From contig OX638159.1 of the NCBI GenBank assembly GCA_951804945.1, positions 39,618,001 through 39,682,000 of the forward strand: a DNA stretch of 64,000 nt, written 5' to 3'. This stretch comes from Podarcis cretensis. Lineage: Eukaryota. Each line of letters starts with the position of its first letter. Position 1 is the first letter of the stretch. Below the pieces are notes generated by a model. The model searched no databases, was not told the DNA's origin, and was given only the letters and a program-made list of their open reading frames with translations. Below are positions 24,545 to 36,500 of this stretch, piece by piece. A program made the translations under genes and the position numbers.

Positions 24545-27500
24545 CTAAAATGAAAGGGGGAGAAAAAAGGATTGACAATGTGAAACGTAACAGGCTTCTG
24601 AACTGGTCGTAAGAGCCCTATAACTCAACAGTATCACCTTATATAGGTCATAAGGACCCCATGCTGCCATTCTTGGAAAGATATTCCAGGGCAATTGGAT
24701 TTTTCAGTTTCCCTCCATGGGTAGAGAAGGTGGTCTGCCCTTGAAAGGACAGGGGACAAAGGAAAGGAAAGCACACCCCAGCCTTTTGCCCTACAGACAC
24801 AAGCCCAACAGCTACTCCCTCCAACCCCATATAGGATTGCAATGCCCAAGCGGGAGATCTTACCTGTAGTCCCTGCACAGATGAAAGCAGCGTAAGTGTC
24901 AAGTGTAGGGATGAAGTGGGGTGCAGTTTGCCCAGCTGCCTTCCTGACACCCCACACCAGTGAATGGAATTAGTGTTGCACATTTCCAAAACCAGATCCA
25001 TGGTTCTTTCACTGCTGGATGGAAAAGAATAATAAATTAACATAGATCTCAATTTGTCTAAGGGCCAGTTCATGTGTTTTTACTCCTTTTTCTTTTTCTT
25101 TGCTGCCGCCTTTCTATGGTTAGAAAGAAAAGGTTTCAGGGTGATGCATACAGTTGTTAAATGATTTAATGCTTCCAGCAAACCTGTGGCTTAGTGATTG
25201 CCCAACAGGAGCCAGCATGATAATTAAAACATGTATTTCTCTTAAATTCTGATTATTAAAAATAAATGGTTTTTAAAATAAATGGTTTAAAAAATGAAGT
25301 CCTTATGTAATACAAATACACACATCTTTTTCAGCACATTGGACCAACTAGGTCACTGCCTCTCTTTCCTCTCCATCAATAAAAACCACAAATATTTTTG
25401 GAATTCTAAAATCTACTTTGTCCACTGTATCTCAGCAAGTGAGGGGCAGAATTATATATATCTAGGAATGTTCATTTAAAAAGCAAACCACTTCCATCAC
25501 CTTAAAAATAATTATATATTCCTGCAGTAAGGAAAACCTTGAATGCAAACAGCATTTTAATACATCTAAAACATTGGGTGAATTATCTCTACAAAACTTA
25601 CCCCTTTGACTGGAAACGGTAAGCAGTTCAAACTACAATTCTTAAAAAATAGAGATGGCAGGAGGGGAAGTAATTTCATTACCTGCAGTTTGTTATTTTA
25701 CATGTAATATCAAACGGTTCTTCCAGGTTTACAGTGTCCGGAATTGTCTCCAATGAAACCCTGACATCACCATAACCTGGAGCCTAAGAAAGCATTAAAA
25801 GTTTAGCAAGGTGCACCCACACCGAAAGGGAGAGAGAGAGGGTGGGGGTGGGGGTGGGGAGACGAGACAAGCAGTAATACTAGAGTAGGAATGGCCATTG
25901 TGGTCCCCTTCCGATGGATTCCACTTTCTGCCATCCTCAGCTATGGGCTATTGTAGCTAAGACTGATGGAAGTTATACGGTAATTCACAACAACATCTGA
26001 AAGGCACCACAAGTGAATCATAGGATGACATTCTGGAGGAGTTTATGTAACATTACAAATGTCATGTTTATGCTGATGTACTTGGAGTCCTCATTTGGAT
26101 TTTGATGAACAGGAGCAACCTCAAACATCTTCAGAAAGAAAACATAAAAACTGAGATTTATAGTACAATTCTGGATAGCATTTAAGTAAGTTTTACCCAC
26201 CGAGATTAAAGAACATGATTTAGGTGCATTAATTTCAATAGGTCTACTCTTGAGTAAAACCTCTACAGCCTTTTCTCCTTATGAGTGCACAAGCCACTGC
26301 TTTCAAGAAGTGTTCTATTTAACCATATGTTGATATTTAATTAAACAGGTCTTAGACCACTTTTTAGGCAAAGTTGCTTGGCAAAGCAGTTTACAATCAC
26401 AGACAAACATTCATCCACAACATTCAGTAGTAAAACAAGTTATGGCAGTCTCATCCCAGGAACATACAAGCCAGCATAACAATAAAATAAGCCATCTAGT
26501 TCTCAAAGAGAAGCATGAAACAGGGAGCTGCCTTGGAATGAGTCAGGACACTGGTCAATCTAGTGCAGTATTGTCAACACTGACCAAAAGCAAATTTCAG
26601 ATGGGATGTTCACAGCTGTGCCTACTGATGTCTGGGACCTTGTGCACGCAAAGCAGATGCTCTATCACTGAGCTATGGTCATTCCCCCAAATAATTAGCA
26701 TTGGCCCCAAAGACCCTGATGAAAAAAACTGATGTAAACAAGGCATGTTTACAGCTAGCAAGGGAGGAAATATACCTGATCTCACCTGGAATCAAATTCC
26801 GTATTTGGGGTGTGGACCGCTGAAAAGAATCTGTTCTATGTTCCAGCATGTATATATATATCTGGTCTTATAAATTGTAATATTAATGAGAACTTGAGAA
26901 GAATCCCGATGGATCACATCAAGGTCTATTTACTCCAATATTGTTTTTACAATTTCTAAATTTTCCTCCCAGCACCTGATATTCAGAGGTAAACTGTATC
27001 TGCACAGGCTCTTCACTACTTCCCCTTCTGTCTTTAAAGAGAATCTTCTGAAAAATACTTACCATTCGTTGGAGCTGGCTGGTTTGCAACCTTCCCCTTT
27101 CGCCCAAGTTGGTCTTCCATACTATATCAAGCTTTCCAATGACTGTCACACCTTTAATAACGCCAGCTTTCTCTGCAAACTCTTGCTTTGGTTTAAGACA
27201 GTAAAGATACTGTCGAGTATCCATGGGTTGCAGATACGTTCTTGAACCAAATGTTGACACACTGGAAGAGAAGGGGCAGGTTTACCTTAGCTTGTACCTC
27301 AAAATTGGACTTTTCAACAAAAATCCAGTGAATTCTGGATTGGCTATCAGATTCAATTTTCAGTTGCCTCCGGAAGTTTTAAGGAAATCAGGCTTAGCAG
27401 AGAAAAAAAATTAAAAGACAAGCAAGATTTTTTGCGAAAGTTTGGAAGGGAGGAATATAGGAATGGGGGAGGCCTCAAACTGGCTAGACCACCTGTTTTG

Positions 27501-30500
27501 CTATGCTACACTGGACTATATTCTACAGTAATCTTGATACAAATGGTGGTGATAGTTAAGAGAGCTCATAGAAAATGAACTGAGGTATATGCCAATGTTT
27601 GAAATTAAAAGCAAATGTAGCAAGGTCATCAAGATACCACAGTAAGCAGTATGACACAGAATTATACAGTCGTACCTTGGTTCTCGAACGGAATCTGTTC
27701 CGGAAGTCTGTTCAACTTCTGAAAACATTCGAAAACCAAGGTGCGGCTTCCTGCAGGAGCTTCCTTGCACTCAATTGGAAGCCGCAGAAGCCGTGTCGGA
27801 CATTCAGCTTCCAAAAAAAGTTGCAAATCAGAACACGTACTTCTGGGTTTGCGGGGTTCGAGAGCCAAGATGTTCAAGTCACAAGGTGTTCAAGAACCGA
27901 GGTACGACTGTACTCTGTGCCCATAATACAAGGAACCACAGCAAAGAGCATCCATTTGCAAGAACAGCTTCATCAGCGCACGTATAGCTTCAGTTTTTAG
28001 TATATGAAGACACAAGCACCATGATGCGTGACTGTAGCCAGTACTGTATGAAGAAGCAAATAAGGCCCTTACCTCTCCTCACCTTGGCTGACTGCATTTA
28101 ATTCTGCTACGTTGTACATAATAGAAGGTTCCAGTGACACCTTCTCCATGAACATTGGAGAGGTTGTGATATTCTGAATCTGAGCTTCCAAAAATACTTC
28201 ATCAGTCTAAAAGAGCAGAGAAAACGCCTAAATAAAAAAATAATCTCAACTGACAAAACGCTCCAGCATCTCAAGTGTTTGAAAAACATTAAACCACAAA
28301 CGCAGTTAGTTCATGCCTGAAAATCAAAGGTAACAGTCATTAAATGCGAGAAAAGTCTTTATCCCAACAGAGAGCAGTAGAAGCAAAAATGTTAGTCAAC
28401 TGGAATAGTGCTGAACAATGGATTTGGGAAAACTTTGTCATATTTTCCTATTCTAAGGTAGTGTCTATATGGCCTAAACTGGACTTGCAAGCTGAGCTCC
28501 AACGGTCCACATCAATTCAGATTTTCTTTTAAAAGGAAAGAAATAACACTTTATAAATGTAAAATGAGTGCAATGCACAACAGACACATGCCATGCCAGA
28601 TTAATGATGCACCAGGCTGCATACAAAGAAAATATTGTTAATAGGTGTTTTTTTAAGTGTATGAACTGTTACAGGGGTTTAGAGGCATGCTACACAAACT
28701 GTTCACATTGACCTAAGAACTGCTCTAGTCTCTGCTATAAACTTTCATAATGGCACGGAGCTTAATATTCTACTACCCCAACAACCTTATTTCTGGTTCT
28801 AAGACACCTAGTGTCCTTCCCATCTCAAGAATTAAAGAACTTGATGCAATTATCAACTGCATGTCCCTTAACTGGGGACATGGTACAAACGTGATCTGTT
28901 TACATGTCTCTGCAAGATCTCAGTCCTGCAAAGCAGTGTGACGTATCTGGCAGTTCAAAGCTGCAATCAAAACCTGCTGACAATCAAAGGGATGCCTGCA
29001 GGGGAGGAACGATGGGAGCCGCTTGATCAAAGGCTCCAACATCATATCTGATTACAGGCATGTGGAGGCCCTGTGTAAAATGGAAAATCCCATCAAGTAA
29101 AAGGGGCATACTTGGTTTTTGTAACTGAAAACAGGATAGCCTCATACCTATTTTCCACTGTTTGTCAAAAGTTGAGTTGGAACTGGATGTTGACTAGTGG
29201 TGGCAAACTGTAAAACAATTCCAGCCCCTCACATTCCATGTTTGGAGGGCCATCAAAAGGCAATGGATGGCCCTCCAAACAACATGGAATGTGAGAGGCT
29301 GGAATTGTTTTACAGTTTGCCACCACCAGTCAACATCCAGTTGACTGTAAGATTAGCCACAGTTTAGAATATTGTCTGATTCTTAAACAGTGGTTAATCT
29401 AAGACAGAAATACTCCCATTCAGGCTCTTTGCTGGGAGATCAGCAAACTTTTAGGTAAATTACCTATTAGACAAAATTCCTGGAGTCTCTTTGGCAGCAG
29501 AAAAATTCCTGTTAGTTGCTGAGAAGACCAGAAAGCAACAGGTGAATAAAGGTTTGATCTTTATTGTCCTAGAAATTGTCTTTCTGGGGTTATCATGTTA
29601 TGCTGATGTCACCTAACACTGTATTAGATCTGTACTTTTGGTTAATTTTGGCCTATTAACTGTATTAAAAAAAAGGTAGTGCATGTTGTAAAATAGAAGC
29701 AGCAGCTTCTGGTCTTCTCAGATTAGAAGGAGGGGAGTATTATGTATTCAAGCAAAACACCAATGACAAATAAAATTCAGTTATTTTGCTTTTAATTTTT
29801 TTTTTAAAAAAACCTTAAGTACTATCATGTCTTCTAGCACTAGGGATTTAATATTTTTCTACTCTTCTGAAAGAATATCCCATAAATCCATTGCTTACAT
29901 CTTGTGTTTTCCAAATTTCCCATCAGTGTCTTTTAAAACAGCAACCACCAGAAATTTAGCAAGAGCCAAGTTGAGGGAAGAAAACAAAACCAAGCAGCAT
30001 AATGAAAAAGCAAGGTAGCTTACAATGACGTAGGGGTTGATTAGTCTCACTCTCACGATTAGTCTCAATAGCATGATTTGATCAGAGCGCTTCACAGCAA
30101 ATTTCCTGGATTATTATAGCACACACATTAAGATTTGAACTGCAATTACACCGTTAGACTCATTGGCACATGCATTCATAAATTTGAAAGGAGTTTTAAT
30201 AAACATATAAAGAAAGATGTGAAATATCTTGTCTCTCTCCTCCCATCCAGTGTCTTCATAAAAACAGCAGATAACAGAAATTTTGCCATGATTTAATACA
30301 AAACAAGCCTACATGCAAGGTTCTGTGTACTTTTATACCACCAAATACAGGAAACACTACCAGGTAAAGACCACTATACTAGGCATTCCAAATAGTGAGA
30401 AATATATAAATTACGTAAGGAAATTTGCACAATGCATTGGAAGGAAAATAGGCATTAGCAGAATTTTGTGAAGTTCTATACTAGTCAATTAAATGATTTT

Positions 30501-33500
30501 TTAAAAATTGCTTTTGAGGGCCATACCCTCAAGAATGGTCTTTCCACATATAAACCTACTTGGGACTCTTAAGATAACCCAAGGTCCTTCTCTGTGTGCT
30601 CCCATTTAAGTGATGCTAAGATGGTAGCAATGAGATAACAGGTCTTTCCAATAGTAGCCTCCTGCTTGTGCAACACTTGCATTTGATCTAGTAGGCTCTT
30701 CGCACGTCATTGGAGGAGAGAAGATATTCTTGCTTACAATAGACTATTGTGGATGTACGTAGTTAGCATGCAGTCTTGCCTTAATGGATACATTTGCTAC
30801 GTATTTTATTTTGCTTTGGTTAGAAGTAAACTTGAGACTTCCTTAGCTGTGGAAGTGATGAACAAATCTAATACTAGGCTTGTGTAAGAGATTTTATAGC
30901 CAGTGAATTTCATTTCACTTGTTCACATGATATTCTAGCCTGCACTATAAAAGCCCTTCTGGGAATGGAAAATACTTTCTGCATGCAGAAGGATAGATTG
31001 GCCTCCAACCCAATACCTTCAATTTAATGCAATTTATTATACAACTTTAATTTTCTTTTTGCATAACTCATTCTGGCTTTGTGAATCATCAGACAGGCCC
31101 AGAACTATTCCAGACCATGACACCCCACTCTAGTCACTCATGACAAATCACACTTTCAGCATCAGAGACAATAGACCTCCGAATATGAGTTGCTGAGGTT
31201 CACAGCTGGGAAAGTACTATTATGTTCATGTCCTACTTGGGGGCTTTTCATAGGCATCTGGCTGGGCACTGTGAGGACAGAATGCTGAACTTTGGTCTGG
31301 TCCAGCAGAGCTGTTCTTATGTAAAAAAAACAAATGTTTCATAAGATTTGCAGAAAACTGAATTTTTGCCCAATGAAACATGTGCACCCAACAGAAATTA
31401 CAACAAAAAGAGCCTGGCCCATGTGCTTTTGTAGCCTCAACAGTATGCCTCTAGGAATATCATTGTTGCTCTGTGGTCAACAATTAATTTCCTAGTCACA
31501 GTAGTTTACTGAAATATTTATTCAGTACAGAAGTCTGAACTGCAAAATACTGTTAAACAATGGATGCAAGGAGAGAGCTAGTATGGGGAGAAAGGGGAAA
31601 CAAGCCAATATCTATGGGTACAAACATTGCTTTTCCATTATGTTTTCAAAATAATGTTAGTAACAGGCAGAAAGACAAACAGAAGACAAGCATACATATT
31701 TATAAATAATAAATAAAATTACCACAGAACTGAGGTCACTCTAATGGGAAAATAAAAAAGAAAACATTAGAGAAATTAGGGTTAAATGTTAAAGAAAAAA
31801 AGGAGGACAACTAAGTTTCAAATAAAATGCATCTTTCTGCATTTTTTTTGGTACTTTCTAAACAAGACAGCATTAGTAAGAGAGAAATGTAAACTGGCAA
31901 TAAAAATAAAAGGCTCACTATTAAGAAATCTTATTTCTAAATAAGACCATGTCAGCATATGGTATAATGAAGAAATAAATTATGTGAAATGGCAAACACA
32001 GGGAGTGCACAATGAACACAATGATAAACCAGTACATGCTCACAGAAGAAGTCCATTACTTGGCTGAATACTTCCATATGGGGGGGAAACTGAGGACCCG
32101 TTAATCTTACAAATATTCTCTTAATGCACAAAGTTTTAAATATGGGAAGGAAACCTGTTTACTGATGACTCTCGGGTTTTTAATTGAGCCAGTCTGCATA
32201 TTAACTGCATGTATTTATACATCGTTCTATAACAAAAGCTCCCATTGTAATTAACAAGCTACAAGAAAATTGAAAGCACCATTGGAAAAGGACAAGTGCT
32301 AAAATGCACCTCCCAATGAATTGCCTTTCTTCAAAAGCTTAATTCGGTACCATAACAACCTTTACATTTATCAATCCCCCCACCCCCTTTATGCTAGGTA
32401 TCTTTAAATATTGTTTGGCCAACAACTCAGGGAATTACCAACCCCATCACTGGCACAAGTACACTTGCAGAGCATCTCTGTCAGAGGCACTGTGCCTTTA
32501 AGACCCAAAGGTCTTTCTATAATTCATCAAGTTGCACCTATCTCAGGATGGAGATGCAGTGATGGGGAAATCCGCACCCGCTGCATTACTGTCACACAGA
32601 CCTGATAAGTAATTCTACTCTGGCATATCACCTAGTTTTAGTTTACTTAACATCAATAATGTTAAGTAAGGTAGCTGCCTTTTTGACTAAATCTGAACCA
32701 CAAGTTTATCCAGTTGATAATGAAACAAATGTTTTTAAAATGGATTATAACTAAATATGCAGCCACATTTTCCCCAAATGGTGATGGCAATGACAAATGG
32801 ATAGATTAAGTGAGGAGGAGAGCAAGGTGTAGATTTGTACTCACCTGTTTTCCTCGCCCTCGGCCAGGAAAGAGGGCAAGATCATTATATTTTTCCAAAG
32901 ATGTAATAGCTAGGCAGCCATTTTCTATAGCTGGCATACAGAAATTTTATGCCAGAATCATAGAACTGTAGAGTTGGACAGGAAACTGAGGGTTACACAG
33001 TTCAACTCCCTGCAATGCAGGAATCTCAACTAAAGCATCCCTGAGAGAGGGCCGTCCAAGCTCTGCTTTAAAACCTCCAAGTTAGGAGAGTCCACCACTT
33101 TCTGATGGACTCTGTTCCACTGTTAGCATGCCCTTCGGGGTATTTTGTAGTTTCTTAGTAGCTTTTAACATACAACTTGGTTTATTATTAAAAAAAAATA
33201 ATAATACTGTAAGTACAGTTAAACAAATTCACTCCTTCACCTAGTTTTCAAACAATCCTTTCAGCTCTATTTTCCTAAGTTTATCTCCTCAGATTTTTGT
33301 CTTTTTCTATTTTGTGGCTATTCCAGCTAATAAAAAGTGCCTAAGTTCAAACTGCCAACACCTGTCAATTCTAAAAGACAAACGATTAATATTATGTAGA
33401 AAGGAATAATTTTAAAATGCTTTGCCAGGTGAGAAAGTTCTGTTTATTTGTCTGGGTTTAACAGAACAGATAATGAAATGGGCCTATTATATCTCAAATG

Positions 33501-36500
33501 GGAGATCTAGATCTATAATCCTGAAAAAGAACCACCATTTTAATTCCCAATATAACAAGTTTTCACTAAGAGCCTGTTCAGAATTTTGGACACCAAGCAC
33601 TAAATACAATATTCTGCATTTACCTCAGCATTGTAGAACTTTGTTTTCACATCAAGCGGTTTGAGGACCTGTTTGAAAAAAGAATAAATACTAAAGGGAG
33701 ATTTATCAAACTCCTTCATCAACACTAAGTACTACCTGTTTCTGAGTAATTCAAAAGTAAAGTTATTAACTTGCGTCCATATAAGCAAACCCCAAAGTTT
33801 ACTTCAGTGGAAGAACCCAGCTTACTCATCCCACTTTTTCTTTCCTATGTCTACAGACGCTTCCACATTTTGATCAGGTAAAAGGATTTTACAGTAGCAT
33901 GGCAAAAAACCTCTCCCACAAAAGTTATTTTTATACCAGAGTGTCATATAGGTCACGATCATACCCTTTAATATAATGATGCATTTCAAAATTAGCAGTT
34001 TTAATTTCCACAAGCTTTAATTAAGAAATGCTGTTCTTTCCCAGCTTCTGCTGTTGGAAGGAAGTCAGCCAGTGGCAAATAAGCTGCAAGCAATTACACT
34101 ATCAATTGCTGGCTAAGCTTCCTAATTAAAGGAGCAAAGCATATCAATTATCAGGTGTTATATACGCGACGAATAAATAAAATCTTTTCATTTGCATATC
34201 AGCGATTCTGACCCTGAAATCAAGACAAACTGCAAATAGACTTAAATTATTCTTATTAAATAATTTGTTTGCATGACACTTTAATGCATGAGTTTCACCT
34301 TTAAATCATAGTGAAGTATATGGAAATACTTGTGCATGTTACTAAAAACAGAGGTGCTTTGCTCCTTCCCTGCTCCTCCCGGAAACAAGAGAGCAAGAGA
34401 CGAGAGGAGCACCTGCAGTTTCAGAAGCAAGCAGTAGCACTCTGCACCTTCACCTCCAGAACAATGCTGAAATTTAGCTATGTTTTCAACAAGGGTCACC
34501 TGTGGAGTAACTACTGTTTAACTCTATGTTTGCTACCTGTCATATCTTCACGACTTTATGATTGAGCAACTATACCTTTGACAGATGTGGGACAGGCAGA
34601 AATTCAGCAGATGCCACTACCTTCATCTCTGCAAGTTCATGCTAGGAAAACTACACGTCTTCATTTTTTGCTCATTATGTAGCTGTTAAAAGGCACAGGA
34701 ACCCCATATCCTTATGATACCTGATTCCTCTATGTACAGACACCTCACTCCTCAGAAGGTATTTTCTGTAATGCTGTTCTGGGGTTTCTACCCTAAAAGC
34801 CAAACTTCCAAATCAAAACTCTTCGCTTGGTTATTTTTAAAGTTACCAGGACAGAACCCAGATAAGGTTCCCCACTTCTAAACTCCGTGAGGTATTGGCA
34901 TCCCTGGTTTCTGCAACTTTACCCATACCTACCTACCTACCTACCTACCATCATCCATTCATTCATTCTGGATTAATTCCAATCTGTCTCTGACTTGGCT
35001 TACAGACAACTTGGTAGATGACCTATGATAAGGAGTGGACTGACAGAGTATAGTAGACTGACAGAGTATAGAATCAGTGGCTACTGATTCTATTGACTTT
35101 CTGGGGTTCAGCCTGGAAGACATGGTGCTACGATAGCTCTGGTCATTTCTAGAGGGATGGACCTAGAAGGTGCTGCTGGGGGGACTTCTGATTCACATTA
35201 TGGTACTAGCCTCTCTTGCACTTCACTTCAACGCTGATGCGAACTTGTACCGACAAACCCAACATTAAAAGAAACCTTAACAACAACTGCACCACCACCA
35301 CCAAATTTGCCCCAGATAAATTCTGGGGAAAGTTGCAAGCATGGGCAGCATAGAAGAGACAGAGAGATAGACAAGGGTTAGATATCTTCATTCACAGTCA
35401 ACACTGCCAGCTATGTCAGCTTAATACCTGAAATTTGAAGAACTTTCTGAAGTACATCTTCTCACCTGTCTGTGTGGTGTAGCTTACCGCACACACTAAG
35501 CTGAAAGAGACAAATGATTCAGTGGGGTTTAACTAGTTTTCAGTCTTGCTTGTGTTTTCAGGTTGAGAGAATGGGGAGAATGGAGAAATGGAGCAAATGA
35601 TGCAAATTTGCAATTCATCTCCTTTGGCATTTTTTTTAATTTTTTTTACAGATGGGAAAAACTAAATTAAGTTTACAGATGGTTTTAGACTACCAGAAAC
35701 ATTTCTGTTAATGCAAGGCACCATTCCCCCCGGGACCAATTGCAGCCCTCTGTGCCGTATCCTATACTGCTCTAGGAGTTCCCCATAGCTTTCGAAAGGC
35801 TTTTTTGGAGTGTGGGAGACACATCAGGAAGGAGGGATTGGCAACAAGCAGGTGTCCTGCCTTTGGCAAGCTACTGTTAGATACAACCCTATGAATTGGG
35901 GGTGGAAGTATAATGTGTCTTACATGTGCGTTCCTATTTCCTTTACTTCATGGTGTATTACATCATCGATACAACAGTCTTGTTTGAGTTCTGCCACTGC
36001 AGCACTAGAGGCTGAAAGGTTTAAACGCTGTGAACTTGTCTGTAGATCAGCCTTGGAATTAAGAACAAAAAACTCTTCAATAAAAGAGAGGTTGAATTTT
36101 ATTATTGAAAATAGTTTTTCATTGCTTTAACTGATTTTACATTCCATCCTCCCCAAGGCATTCATTGAAAATCTGGGCACAGTCCACTGAGAAGATGTGA
36201 TGCCCGAGCATCCCAAAAGCTAACATGTACTCGTAATGTTCTCTTGCACGATTGTGGTTGTACAGTAGAACTTTCCGTTGGAATATACTTGGTAAGAAAA
36301 GTACAGAACAAACTTACTTTCAGACTGCCTCAAAAATATATAGCAAGCAAAAAGAATATGCCTTTATAATTTGCCCTGTTACCTTTAGATACACCCCTAT
36401 TGTTTTTGTTCAAAGTTTCCTTCAATTAGAAAAACGTTAACTGATTAATTACCTTAACAACACACTTAAAACTACTTGATAAGAACAAACATACCTTTAC

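Noticed and set aside
26540-26690. tRNA-like sequence on the minus strand (ccatagctcagtgatagagcatctgctttgc...); similar near 46900-46960
   Set aside because: Degenerate heads of tRNA-derived SINEs; no complete cloverleaf or intact B box.
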